The notes: generated by a model not told the origin, from the letters alone. DNA of 64,000 bases from Candidatus Uhrbacteria bacterium (GCA_016215325.1 JACRJV010000003.1:36191-100190), one strand, 5' to 3'; positions 48,501 through 56,163 are shown, numbered from the stretch's first letter. A program made the numbers and translations.

Positions 48501-49894
48501 GTGACGGCTCCATGATCTGGATCAAGAGTGCAGACCGCTGGACGAATTGTAGTGTTGGAGGTAAAGGGCCGGACGTTGCTCGTCCCCGCGCTGGTTGTCA
48601 CCGTAACGGGATAGGATCCCAGCTTGAGCGTCGGCGGCGCTTGCGCAATGATTTCGTTATTGGACCATCGCGAACATCCTAAGCCCGCAGGAAGATCGCC
48701 AAACTTGACAATGCTGGTATCCTGCGAACGGCCAAAATTCTTCCCTGTGATCGTAACATAGGTATTTGCATAACTGGCAGCGATCCCGTTATCCGGCGTA
48801 ATGGCGGTGATGATGGGTTTGCCTTCCACGCAAATGCCGCCGACACAATATCGTGAAGCGCAGTCATAATTAAACCGGCATTCGGCCCCTAACGGAAGCC
48901 CGGGTGTTGGTGTAAATGTCCACGCATAGGTGCACGAAAGCGCCTTGGGCGGATCAAACGTGACGGTAATGGGGTCCAACATTGTCCCATTGCCATCCGT
49001 GTCATACAACCGCACCTGCAACTTGGCCGTTTGGCCGACTTTCTTGCCAATCGTACTCCAGGTGATGGTAAGCACGCCGTTGGCCGAAGGGTCGAATGCG
49101 CTCCATGCGACAGGAGAGCCGTCCGACAGCAACACCCCATGCGAAATCGCGCGATCATCCGTAGCGCCCACCAGCACGATCACTTGGTCATTGGCAGACA
49201 CATGGCTGCCGTCCCGCGGCGTTATCCACGAGCCCGTTGGTGCGATCGTATCGATCCCGGTGCCAATACTGATTTCGCGTTCACACGGGTGTTGATTGGA
49301 ACAACTCAAACTCGCCCCCGAACGATTGCGGATATCTGCCCCCTTAAGCGCAATGCCCACACGAGCGTTGTCCGAAAAGCACCCTTGCTTAGGGGAAGCC
49401 GCACAGGAGGCTGCGGGGTGAAACTCCATCCACGAAACCGCCGCATTCGCGTCCGTCGGAGCGAGCGCCCATGCGCCCGGCAGTAACGCATTGTTCACTG
49501 TGACACTGGCCAATGTACCAAAGTCACGCACACTTGCCTCATTCAGTGGCTGTGAAAAGAATAAACGAATTGCTGCATTGGACGGCGCTGCCGTTATGGC
49601 AGGCGTTATCGCCGACAAATAAAATGTTCCAACCGGCGGCAACACTGTTTGGGGCAGGATCGGCGTGACCGTTATCGTTGGTTGCGGTCGCGTGAGCCAC
49701 CAACCGAATGTAAGAGAAATTAACAGCCCCACCACTGTTATGGCTCCAGATACCGTCATTTTCCGTACTGAATTGACACCCGTCGGATCGATTGTTTCGC
49801 TGCTCTTCTCTCTCCACGCAACAACAAATGCGCCGGCGCCGACGAGCGTAGAAATAATCGCAAGAGATTCGATGAACCAAAGGAAGATTCTCAT
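39587..49894 (-). CDS. Giant (3435 aa) cell-surface protein: N-terminal anchor, IPT/TIG domains, Myxococcus-type Cys-rich repeats, Fn3-like repeat array, large beta-rich C-terminal region
   Basis: Uninterrupted 10.3-kb ORF; GEQCDDGNTSDGDGCSGSCQLE-type Cys-rich repeats (x4); >=8 repeats with YHYRIL(A/G)YN..GDS.LSN.ASA; three classical Fn3 units (TVYRK...YCYAVSA.N..GEG). Confidence 0.8.
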   Translation of the reverse strand: MRIFLWFIESLAIISTLVGAGAFVVAWREKSSETIDPTGVNSVRKMTVSGAITVVGLLISLTFGWWLTRPQPTITVTPILPQTVLPPVGTFYLSAITPAITAAPSNAAIRLFFSQPLNEASVRDFGTLASVTVNNALLPGAWALAPTDANAAVSWMEFHPAASCAASPKQGCFSDNARVGIALKGADIRNRSGASLSCSNQHPCEREISIGTGIDTIAPTGSWITPRDGSHVSANDQVIVLVGATDDRAISHGVLLSDGSPVAWSAFDPSANGVLTITWSTIGKKVGQTAKLQVRLYDTDGNGTMLDPITVTFDPPKALSCTYAWTFTPTPGLPLGAECRFNYDCASRYCVGGICVEGKPIITAITPDNGIAASYANTYVTITGKNFGRSQDTSIVKFGDLPAGLGCSRWSNNEIIAQAPPTLKLGSYPVTVTTSAGTSNVRPFTSNTTIRPAVCTLDPDHGAVTDPVALRGDNLGDTRQDSVVKFIGIPVEKYGSWSDASAEVEVPNRSRTGYVLATVVKNQSNPVTFTMDPFIDHLSPDRGPEGGWMTIIGGNFGYVPGKVIFEGDPKDPTDDAQAILPEECAGSAWSDRWVIVQIPKGAKNGLVRLTTAPTTPAGALTTKPQQSGAFTLTQDPIGPGLCRLIPSYGLTGDSIVARGVRFGKASDARGVTLGRLDARYQSWTPESVRWRVPDSAESDDVVLRTVIHYNIRQECRWVTFRGVCPWGLKTVSDQAEVASNGLPFDILTSRDLQCSVDADCPFGRCVNGRCQSADNGQECRADSDCRPGFICDLRSGQCRPPGCDSNDDCRDGEICNTLLNICVPLCSTDVDCPYGMQCIDGSCRPPQCRSDVDCQNGQTCDPVTNTCVGGHCTNLRRDADETNVDCGGADCRSCGGLGGGHCANGIQDADETGIDCGGADCQVCNVVDCPLERPVLIGDQCYGEECGDGTVQSARGEQCDDGNTSDGDGCSGSCQLEDAKLCGNNRVDPGEQCDAGGQNGKSGVGCTNTCQRTEGQETVPYPPDLAATDGSSRIAVDWVPNPYGPQPIGFTLYRSTQPILDAPVSLPTVSCGNNASNANNEFCRVSQFEGNIRHYNDGAIKPNTLYHYRILGYNDAGDSALSNAGSAKTCSTCGHTGAEPFPPTLTATDGVTATIIQWDPNSQGPQPTGYRLYRSRSQIPDEPALPLPTVSCGTSQENASDAFCLASGALAAGDREYRDRAVTSNVLYHYRILGIGADGDSALSNPASAKACPTCGKDGTRPFPPVLSATEGAGSVHLVWQSNSNGAAPKGYRLYRSTQAIPDEVENLPTVSCGTDSASASAAFCFVSRFEESAQDYSDQAVVVGTIYHYRILAFNDAGDSPSSNNAFAKATIGTGPSCGNGDIDSGEQCDDGNTSNGDGCSAQCELENPQLCGNNAINPGEQCDDGNRNNGDGCDATCQYEDGGSGAPFAPQDLTATNSPLNAAALTLSWSVSPAGARPTGFRLYRSRQAIPDAPTSLPTDSCGANASTASDAFCLVPATIAEDAETAVDGAVKPDTVYHYRILAYNGVGDSPLSNPASASMCTTCNSVPGIPRNLAAAPADENIRITWQPPLSAGSSPIDQYTVYRKVGNAGEQVFYRNVDNAAALLLDDANLENGTVYCYAVSAVNGHGEGEVTDQRCATPTASGVVPGMPRNVVADGLDRRIVLTWEAPASAGTTAIGKYTVYRREGNDGALIYLKDVTTLTNLRLEDSGLANGRVYCYAVSAHNQQGEGVAASEECATPTAVGEVPGVPRTLTVQGLVEHATIRWQAPASSGTGAILGFRIYRRNGNGGSFAFLRQVSETVIDDEGLAPGSVMCYQVAAYNAMGEGEATIEECATVIGMAPFKPDDLSATDDGQAVEVRWLPNTEGAPFDEYRLYRSRQPIPDELATLPTTSCGAQGSAAGDQLCLVGVFDRSQTRYGDDAVRSNLLYHYRILAYNEWGLSPLSDPASGKICPDCEHDGTEPYRPNLSAWADDGTIALEWSPHPSGPGVLGFRLYRDDSVIADEPELPLPTNPCPTTPGSGSGAFCLVATFVNPMERDYRDRTVQQDVPYHYRILAYNAVGDSELSNNASATMEIGPGPKLLDHVNIIVDPGPDTPATSDSFACGGTRCADDRGSDPGVQHRWSAQACSADGDCRLDASFEWAVGQGSSGVAGVQLSNHQRQSTNQGDDLFATPVDNGSFDVTVIARQINGRSARKTMRVTVALPLVRSVEIFDSQNRPFPTGGRDEYARDGQAQHQYRIRVYDIATPTSDEQRDAHEIEAALDWWIGSFTNLAFEVNGDRADSQIRVNSLPEIAIAHNYPEGYLGISAWGLPGFSSAGSSVNNWITLAYAGIDQGPRLPDLTIESLSALTCDGASANLPVCSGMIRRTHYGQVVIKNQGSIAAMRDFPVSIYWNNKLLWLDTWPRQEPKRMDPGATLTLQFILPSDINVNQPNALRVVLDSLDQDTEVFPDSSSEYVVTQIRGNPSYRDNMIQESDEENNGRQVIVGRNLPDLAFTASPFERFEEGGIWKLKFRAINLGPGVVTQNFAALLYENGIFKESTFATPIPGGSGVIPPLDSPLDPDAVVDVVFQDPTQSLATYRSVRLDLDGLRSVEETDETNNSLTIGLGGEVKRLDLIAPQSLGMLRQLRLQRATTADEELPLTNIYSDSFLCAGRDTCPDDMDGPANTVCPDPAAADYWQAMSRLINYSASDPFAQWENCYYGLKGRTGVQHRYLLQAYADQEGTQPLWLDVRAEVIPSNPRLDTLLTLSDLSGTPANMLNKQLGFYQRLEPKPSTSAQWTVLPNSIHASNRLSGVYVTANGDAGTSTIRFTAEGDGVYAQGGTSATRSLNVEVFPCEHPWPSQVGAFPFDDTRDYANRFLFNQYDATMHLRSGNFSRIPGEQSINGQYQSFSIGYCRDGVPLEEVRSDAFSCVGDRCSDDDDPATAGNQHLFKVEGYDQNGTQIKTGLTYTWASSDGNNNIVRIHSGQDEPGLGSEQLAISSVGNGTANITVTVGQGTLSRTMVMPVSVTWLRQGSGLNVPVAPISQSIEPRYRIADNEGASGILSSIKVYAMPKLLPDLRLQSVELPRLRTPASQRLKQFYFREPGAPDLIALTVMQNGQQFSAARWYLESNAVVNPRADRASVSSIDCQNRRTYAPTLPEGEDCVDGIQEGDTWYYTMARLRDDDVLDNTVVGSDGMTARSRYKQLFTNVYLLSITKDARKEMQSVVPQLLNRWKFALNIDDPGVRTALKRDVRRASDLRDLEVRLKNYATQNSKFPELTAGTFIRGLSYSTWPSWQETLKENLDGGPRIASDPLNYFVGCNRPHDPQTCWDEAAKNFQCPSAGNARAYVYSAKGPNNVPSIADGYLGTFFEVWPSSRPGFSRDREIGDPFSALTPGPFVNGVASNVAKSIGANGCNANLLRLNKP
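43597..46837 (-). repeat. Intragenic tandem array of ~130-150-aa Fn3-like repeat units inside the giant gene (approximate bounds)
   Basis: Recurrent motif PxGYRLYRS...P.(L)PT.SCG...AFC...YHYRILAYN..GDS.LSNPASA at regular spacing between aa ~1020 and ~2100. Confidence 0.55.
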
Positions 49895-49995
49895 GAATGA
49901 TCTAATAATTTATTCATTTCTTAGTTTATTGTGTCGCGCCCGATCAATACATTAATAAACCAATAAATGAGTAAACAATTAAACCAATAAATATG

Positions 49996-51471
49996 TTATG
50001 GTCCTTCGCATTGCGCAAAACAATTTTGGTAAATATCTTCAACATCGGATGAAATGAGCCCCTGCAGAACCGCTGCTGCCGCAAAAGGCGCATGGGTTAT
50101 CGATATGGTTGATTGCTGTGCGGTGAAGTTTGTCCCCACCCGCGCTCGCCACGCTCCATCGCCTCCGAGACGAACACTGCGGCGATCAACCGATCCCGCG
50201 CGCAGAATGGTCGAAAAACGAGCGTTCACCGGCGTGTTGGGATCAATGCCGCTAGAATCAGGGCTGGGCTGGACTTCCACGATCCGCGGAGTCGATTGGT
50301 TGAGTTGTTGCCCTGTTGAATAGGAGACTAATGCTTTTGATTGCGCTGGCAGGAGGTTGCCCTGAAAATCTCGCACACCAACACGGGGGTAACTATTGGG
50401 GTCGACAGCGCGCACCCACACGCTCACAGCGCCGACAAACGGGAAGCAGCGCACATCCCGCCGGCATTGATTTTGCCCACACCTTCCGGCCGGGAAGAAT
50501 TCCGTCAAGCGCTCACCCTCGGCGACCGTCCATTGGCCCTCTGATGCGGTCTTGCCGACCCGCACCTCCAACCCGCTTTCAAAACTCAAGGGGTCAATCA
50601 TCGTATTCCAGGCCAATTGAATGCCCGCGTTGGCGGCCACATTGGTCGACCCCGATCGAGGGAATGTTTCCCCAAGCATGGGAGGATTACGATTCTCCGA
50701 CTGGCCCACCGTAAACGACCATCGATAGACACCCTCGGCGCCAAACAATGGCTGGCCGTCTGCAGTGCGCAATCCTTTCAACTCAACAAATATCTTGGTC
50801 TCCCGTGCACCGGTACTCAAATTTTTCAGCGGGTCCAAGGCAAACACCGTGGCAGCGCTATTGGACCTGGCGCGCGCAGCGACCAACGGTCCGGGGCTGG
50901 CGATACTCCCCCCTTGCCAGATGCGGACAAAACGATCAGAAGCGAGATCATCTGCGAGATCCGATGTGGTTCGGTCGTCAATAATTGTTTTCCGATCCAT
51001 CGATTGATCAAACCACAAGTAAAGAGAAGAATTGGAAGGAATTGAACTTGCGTCTCGTTCAGGCCAATGCCGATCGATTGTCAATATCTTCACCGCGCCC
51101 ACGGACTGTGATCGTTCAATATTAGCGGGTGCGCTCGTGAGAGGCCGTGATACCCGCCAAAGCGCGGCAATCACTGTTGCCGCGATCATCACGGCGCTTG
51201 CAATAGACCAGATAATGACGGGTTGCATTGATCGCTGCTGTTCGACCCCGCTGCCGTCGACCGGCACCGCACGGTAGTAGCTCCACTCCTGCGCCGCTTT
51301 TATGATGCATCCCACCGCAATAATGCCAAAAACCATTGCCAATATAATAGCAATGGTTGGGCGCACATACACGGCCGTTTGTGCCAATACAGGCAACGGC
51401 ATCAGCAATGCGACAATTGCGATCACTCGAGTTCGAACGTTCACAGACGATCGTTGGTACAAAGGGGACAA
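49996..51471 (-). CDS. Hypothetical polytopic membrane protein with large extracytoplasmic domain
   Basis: 491 aa; three N-terminal TM segments then soluble domain; immediately upstream (same strand) of the giant surface protein gene. Confidence 0.45.
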   Translation of the reverse strand: MSPLYQRSSVNVRTRVIAIVALLMPLPVLAQTAVYVRPTIAIILAMVFGIIAVGCIIKAAQEWSYYRAVPVDGSGVEQQRSMQPVIIWSIASAVMIAATVIAALWRVSRPLTSAPANIERSQSVGAVKILTIDRHWPERDASSIPSNSSLYLWFDQSMDRKTIIDDRTTSDLADDLASDRFVRIWQGGSIASPGPLVAARARSNSAATVFALDPLKNLSTGARETKIFVELKGLRTADGQPLFGAEGVYRWSFTVGQSENRNPPMLGETFPRSGSTNVAANAGIQLAWNTMIDPLSFESGLEVRVGKTASEGQWTVAEGERLTEFFPAGRCGQNQCRRDVRCFPFVGAVSVWVRAVDPNSYPRVGVRDFQGNLLPAQSKALVSYSTGQQLNQSTPRIVEVQPSPDSSGIDPNTPVNARFSTILRAGSVDRRSVRLGGDGAWRARVGTNFTAQQSTISITHAPFAAAAVLQGLISSDVEDIYQNCFAQCEGP

Positions 51472-51525
51472 GCACCGATTGCACCACGCAAATCCGCACC
51501 ATCCGTAGTCGTGGTCGACAGTCGA

Positions 51526-51765
51526 TCAACGCGAAAATTTACGTTTCTTGGGTTCTGGCAATTTTCCAATCCGGGCCAGATATTCATTGTGGCTGACAAC
51601 ATCGTTCCGACGCAACGCTGACTCTCGCTGTTGTGCTTTGCTTTTTGGACTTTTGTAAAAACGGATCTTCCGCGCTTCGATCAACCGTCCGCTTTGGATG
51701 AGAACACGGTTAAACCGTCGCAAGAATCCTTCGAACGCTTCTCCTTTTTTTCGTTTGACGAGCAT
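51526..51765 (-). CDS. rpsU: 30S ribosomal protein S21
   Basis: Basic 79-aa protein LRRFNRVLIQSG...IEARKIRFY; perfect SD AAGGAGGTGA 7 nt upstream of ATG at 51765. Confidence 0.8.
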   Translation of the reverse strand: MLVKRKKGEAFEGFLRRFNRVLIQSGRLIEARKIRFYKSPKSKAQQRESALRRNDVVSHNEYLARIGKLPEPKKRKFSR

Positions 51766-51783
51766 ACTAATCACCTCCTTCAA

Positions 51784-51866
51784 AATTCATTGCAAATTTT
51801 ATATTTGAGATTTCAGATTATCCATTATTAATGAATCTGCAATCGGCAATCTAAAATCTGCAATAA
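51784..51866. promoter_or_regulatory. Conserved intergenic motif copy 2 (upstream of rpsU), contains TAAAAT -10-like box
   Basis: ATTTTATATTTGAGATTTCAGATT...AATCTGCAATCGGCAATCTAAAATCTGCAAT; shares ~75-nt core with copy 1. Confidence 0.4.
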
Positions 51867-52190
51867 TCAAACATTTCCAATGTTCCCGCTTAACAAATGA
51901 ATATGCAAATGATCAACGATTTGACCGGCTCCTCGGCCAGTGTTAATGACCGTTTTATATCCCGCTTCTACTAATCCCAACGTGCGCGCCACCATCTGCA
52001 CCGTCGATAAACCGGACTCTAGCAGTGCTTGATCCATTGCCTGTTCCAAGCTCTCGATGTGTGTTTTACTCACGAGCAACACGTGCGTCTTGGCTTTGGG
52101 ATGAATGTCATCAATGGCGATCCACATCTCATTTTGCCATCGAATCGTCGCCCCTAGGGATCCATCGATAATTCTACAAAAGATGCACAT
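51867..52190 (-). CDS. HIT-family (histidine triad) nucleotide hydrolase
   Basis: CIFCRI N-terminus and HLHIHLL triad motif. Confidence 0.85.
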   Translation of the reverse strand: MCIFCRIIDGSLGATIRWQNEMWIAIDDIHPKAKTHVLLVSKTHIESLEQAMDQALLESGLSTVQMVARTLGLVEAGYKTVINTGRGAGQIVDHLHIHLLSGNIGNV

Positions 52191-52211
52191 ATTGTATAGG
52201 CCGTAGAGATC

Positions 52212-53600
52212 CTATGGGACCGATTGTTGTCCCTCCAATTTCTTCCGCAACACTTCAACGACCTTTTTCCGATCAATAATTTCCTGAACTCCGCCCTCCA
52301 TGTCCCGAATAAGCAGCGTGCCATCTAATACTTCCTTCTGCCCGAGGATGACGGTATAGAGCACGCCCAGGCGATTCGCACGCTCTAACTGCCCTTTGAG
52401 CCCATCCTTCGAAAATTGTTCTGCCACCGCAATGCCATCATTGCGTAGTCGTTCAACGATCCCGAGACCTTGCCGGCGGGCCTGTTCCCCGAGCTGCGCA
52501 AAGAATATTTTAACCCCCTTGCCATTTGCGCTTTGTTCGCCAGCCGATTTCTCTTTGAGCGCATTCACGATGCGATCAACACCCAACGAGAACCCGACTG
52601 CTGGCGTCGGTCGACCACCCAACAATTCCACCAAGCCGTCATATCGCCCGCCTCCACCCAATGCATCTTGCCGACCTTCTTGGTTAGGCAGATACAGTTC
52701 AAATACAGTCTTCGTGTAATAGTCAAGACCGCGCACGAGCGATGGCGTGAGCTCGTAACTTATTTCCAACTCATCGCAATATTCAAGGACGCGAACAAAA
52801 TGTTCTTTGCATTCCGGACAGAGGCTGTCCACAATTTGGGGAGCCTCTTCTTTGAGCGGAGTGCATTGCTCTTCTTTGCAGTCCAACAGTCGCAGCGGGT
52901 TGCGCACAAGGCGACGTTTGCAGTCCTCGCACAAACGGGAACGACGACCGCGGTAGTAGGCAACCAATTGTTCAATATATTTTGGCCGACACACTGGGCA
53001 GCCGGTAGAGTTAATATTCATCGTGGGTATTAACCCGACCCGTCGCAAGATCGCCACGGCCGCCCCAGCCAGTTGAGCATCAATGACCGGATGTTGATCG
53101 CCGAGCGCTTCGCCGCCAATTTGGAAAAACTGTCGGTATCGTCCTGCTTGCGGACGGTCATGCCGGAACATCGGCCCCCAATACCAGACGCGAACCGGTT
53201 GGGGTAATGAGATCATCCCATGACGGATGTATGCACGCGCGACCGATGCGGTTGCTTCGGGCCGCAACGCCACACGCGCTCCACCGGGATCTTCAAATGC
53301 GTACATCTCCTTCTCAATAACATCCGTGACCTTTCCAATAGAGCGCTGGAACAAACTCACCTCTTCCAAAATCGGCGTTTCAATTCGATCGAATTCGCGA
53401 ACATCAAACTCTTGGACACTCGCATCATAGAGCCGTCGCCAAAACGCTTGCTCGGATGGGAGAACATCACGCATCCCGCGCACAAGCTGCGGACCGCCAC
53501 CCGTGGGAGCTGCCACAACAGCAGCATTGGCGGACGCCACCGCTGCAAACGGTGCTGTTGATACACGCTTTTGATGTTTAGGCGCCCGGTTTGAACTCAT
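52212..53600 (-). CDS. hisS: Histidyl-tRNA synthetase
   Basis: Class II aaRS motifs (FRHDRPQAGRYRQF, GGGGRYDGL), C-terminal anticodon-binding domain; Cys-rich insertion (CPVC...CEDCK...CPEC). Confidence 0.9.
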   Translation of the reverse strand: MSSNRAPKHQKRVSTAPFAAVASANAAVVAAPTGGGPQLVRGMRDVLPSEQAFWRRLYDASVQEFDVREFDRIETPILEEVSLFQRSIGKVTDVIEKEMYAFEDPGGARVALRPEATASVARAYIRHGMISLPQPVRVWYWGPMFRHDRPQAGRYRQFFQIGGEALGDQHPVIDAQLAGAAVAILRRVGLIPTMNINSTGCPVCRPKYIEQLVAYYRGRRSRLCEDCKRRLVRNPLRLLDCKEEQCTPLKEEAPQIVDSLCPECKEHFVRVLEYCDELEISYELTPSLVRGLDYYTKTVFELYLPNQEGRQDALGGGGRYDGLVELLGGRPTPAVGFSLGVDRIVNALKEKSAGEQSANGKGVKIFFAQLGEQARRQGLGIVERLRNDGIAVAEQFSKDGLKGQLERANRLGVLYTVILGQKEVLDGTLLIRDMEGGVQEIIDRKKVVEVLRKKLEGQQSVP

Positions 53601-54268
53601 AACGGATAGGACGGTGTAGTTACAATAGTAACGCGAGTAAACGGCCAGCCGCGGAAAAAGACCTTGCCCACGATCGCGGTGAATGGAATGGGGCCGAAGT
53701 CTTCCGAATCAAAACTAACATCGCGATTATCTCCCAAAACAAAAAATTGGTTTGACGAAAGCATGTAATCGGATTCATCTTGCGCAAAATATCCACGACC
53801 CGGTGCGATGTAGGGCTCTTGGAGGCGAACGCCCTGCGGGTACTCTTTGTTCTTGATAGTGACGCCATTATCGCTCAACACGACCGTTTCGCCGGGCAAC
53901 CCAATAACCCGCTTAATCAAATAATCGCCTCGGCTGTTGCCACACTGCGCGATCTCACATCGGAACACAATCGTCTCCCCTCGCAGCGGCATCCGACCAC
54001 CGGCCAGCGCCTTGTGACTAACAGGAGATCGCAATCCGTACGTGATTTCATCAATGAGCAAATAATCATTTTCAATATAGTTCGGGTACATTGATGCCCC
54101 TTGAACATAAAATGGCTGAACCAAGAACAACCGAATCGGGACAATCAGGGCGATGGAAATCAAAATAATTTTGACCAACTCCCAGATAAAATTCAATCCT
54201 TCCCGCATTGCGCCCTTTTGTCCGTCCATACCATGTCGATTATGTTCGTTTACGTCAATTGATTCCAC
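53597..54268 (-). CDS. lepB: Signal peptidase I
   Basis: GASMYP (Ser box), KRVIGLPGE (Lys box), GDNRDVSFDS box E. Confidence 0.85.
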   Translation of the reverse strand: MESIDVNEHNRHGMDGQKGAMREGLNFIWELVKIILISIALIVPIRLFLVQPFYVQGASMYPNYIENDYLLIDEITYGLRSPVSHKALAGGRMPLRGETIVFRCEIAQCGNSRGDYLIKRVIGLPGETVVLSDNGVTIKNKEYPQGVRLQEPYIAPGRGYFAQDESDYMLSSNQFFVLGDNRDVSFDSEDFGPIPFTAIVGKVFFRGWPFTRVTIVTTPSYPL

Positions 54269-54272
54269 CCAA

Positions 54273-54346
54273 TGGGTGCATCTGGACTCGAACCAGAGAC
54301 CTCTGTCGTGTGAGGACAGCGCTCTAACCAGCTGAGCTATGCACCC
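54273..54346 (-). tRNA. tRNA-Val (anticodon CAC)
   Basis: 74-nt cloverleaf: GGGTGCA acceptor, D-arm GCTC/GAGC, anticodon stem CTGTC/GACAG with loop CTCACAC, T-arm TCTGG-TTCGAGT-CCAGA; no encoded CCA. Confidence 0.8.
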
Positions 54347-54477
54347 GTACCAATCCTATCTTTAGTGGCACCGTCAATATCAAAAAGTCTCGTCGAGCAC
54401 TGGTTATCCACTCAACAGATCATCTAAAATATAACAGAACTCACCCCAAATAGCAAATCGATTTATCCCTTCTCATT

Positions 54478-54630
54478 GGACGCTCTGGTGCCCGATGGAA
54501 TTTAGCGAGGACTGTCTGATGCGAACCACGACTGGCGGCCGTTGATTGCGGTCGGTGCCGGTCGTGGTGGTACCGATCAACGATCGGGACGCAAGTTCCG
54601 CAGCAAATCCCATCGGGCACCAGAGCGTCC
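54478..54630 (+). other. 151-nt GC-rich structured element bounded by perfect 21-bp inverted repeats (candidate ncRNA or MITE-like element)
   Basis: GGACGCTCTGGTGCCCGATGG at 54478-54498 and its exact reverse complement at 54610-54630; internal nested stems (CGTTGAT/ATCAACG, ACCACGAC/GTCGTGGT, GGGAC-GCAA-GUUCC hairpin); G-U pairs favour plus-strand RNA. Confidence 0.35.
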
Positions 54631-54640
54631 CCATTTTCAC

Positions 54641-54669
54641 TTGAATCGTCACGTCAAACACCGTATAAT
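54641..54669 (+). promoter_or_regulatory. Near-consensus sigma70 promoter for the LCP gene
   Basis: TTGAAT (54641-54646), 17-nt spacer, TATAAT (54664-54669), ~50 nt upstream of the ATG at 54719. Confidence 0.5.
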
Positions 54670-54718
54670 AGCTCACAATGCCACACTGGAACAGTGATTG
54701 CCGTGTGGTTCATAAATT

Positions 54719-56152
54719 ATGCAACCAATTTCTCCGATAAATTTTCTCCATGAGCACCAGAATACGCAACGCAGCAGGACGCGGCGCCGCGCGGGCGTGT
54801 TGGCCGCTGTGGGCATCATTGCCGCGATCCTCTCTTCACCAACGCTGCGTCGCCCACTACTGCCCCCATCTGTCGAACGTGTTGTGGGATCGGTGGAGCA
54901 ATTTTCTATTTTCCACCTTGCTTCTAGCGCGGATCGGTTGCTGCAGGGCGAGCAAGAAGATCGCATTAATATTCTCTTATTGGGTGTCGGCGGCGAAAAT
55001 CATGACGGTGCGTGGCTGACCGACACGATTATGTTGGCTAGTTTGAAACCCAGCACAAAACAAGTCGCGCTTCTTTCACTGCCACGAGATATGGTGGTAC
55101 CCACGCAAAACGGACAATGGCGCAAAATCAACTCTGTCCACGCTGATGCGGAGCTGACCAGTCTGGGTGCGGGCCTTGGAGCGATCCAATCGACCACTGA
55201 GTCCATCACTGGACTCACCGTACCGTATGTTGTTCGCATTGACTTCCAAGGATTCACAAAGTTGATCGATGAGCTGGGTGGAATCGATATCAATGTAGAA
55301 CGGACAGTAGAGGACTACCATTACCCCATCCTGGGGGCAGAAGAAGATCCGATCTATGCCAACCGTTACGAACATCTTGTCATTCCCAAAGGATTTCAAC
55401 ACATGGATGGGGAACTCGCGCTCAAGTTTGTACGCAGCCGATATGCGCTGGGGGCCGAAGGATCGGATTTTTCGCGCTCCCGACGGCAACAGCAAGCACT
55501 CTCGGCAGTCAAGGAGAAGGTGTTGAGTGCCTCCACGCTCCTCTCGCCCCGCAAAGTGACGGCGATTTTAAATCTTTTGCAACAACATACTGCCACCACG
55601 TTCGAAGTATGGGAGATGCTGCGACTTCGACAATTAATCGACGGTGTGGATACGGGCAACATCGCGCTGACCGTATTGGACGACAGCCCATCTTCTCCCC
55701 TGGCCTCCAGCCGCGGCATCGATGGCGCCTACATCCTTGTCCCCAAAGGGGGGAATTTTGAACGCATCCAGCAAATGGCCCAGGTCATGTTCGAGGGCCG
55801 AGAATTGATCCGACCGGAATTTGGACAACAACCTTCCGCTTCCCCGACACGGCTGACCGGCGTCAAGATGAGCGTTGAGGTCCTCAATGGGACGACGCTG
55901 CCCGGATACGCGACCCGAATTGCCCAACTTCTCGAAACCAATGGCTTGAGCGTTAACTCTGTCGGCAATGCTCCCGTGCGCGATGCGACCGCAACGATAG
56001 TCTATATGAATGGTTCCACTCAAACTCTGGAAACAACGGCCAACCGTATCGCCCGATTGGTGGGGGGCGCTGTCAGTAGTGACATTCCACCATGGTTGCG
56101 GCAATATAAGAGTGCAAGCCCGATCGTCATTGTATTAGGACCGGAGCAGTAA
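54719..56152 (+). CDS. LytR/CpsA/Psr (LCP) family glycopolymer transferase with C-terminal LytR_C domain
   Basis: TM anchor, INILLLGVGGENHDGAWLTDTIMLASL and LSLPRD LCP motifs. Confidence 0.85.
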   Translation: MQPISPINFLHEHQNTQRSRTRRRAGVLAAVGIIAAILSSPTLRRPLLPPSVERVVGSVEQFSIFHLASSADRLLQGEQEDRINILLLGVGGENHDGAWLTDTIMLASLKPSTKQVALLSLPRDMVVPTQNGQWRKINSVHADAELTSLGAGLGAIQSTTESITGLTVPYVVRIDFQGFTKLIDELGGIDINVERTVEDYHYPILGAEEDPIYANRYEHLVIPKGFQHMDGELALKFVRSRYALGAEGSDFSRSRRQQQALSAVKEKVLSASTLLSPRKVTAILNLLQQHTATTFEVWEMLRLRQLIDGVDTGNIALTVLDDSPSSPLASSRGIDGAYILVPKGGNFERIQQMAQVMFEGRELIRPEFGQQPSASPTRLTGVKMSVEVLNGTTLPGYATRIAQLLETNGLSVNSVGNAPVRDATATIVYMNGSTQTLETTANRIARLVGGAVSSDIPPWLRQYKSASPIVIVLGPEQ

Positions 56153-56163
56153 AGTACCCCATT

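Noticed and set aside
47693-48682. 329-aa plus-strand ORF (and many other 60-250-aa plus-strand ORFs between 40000 and 49900) inside the giant gene
   Set aside because: All lie antisense to one continuous 10.3-kb minus-strand ORF with coherent domain architecture; Arg/Pro/Gly-rich spurious frames; repeated peptides simply mirror the DNA repeats of the giant gene.
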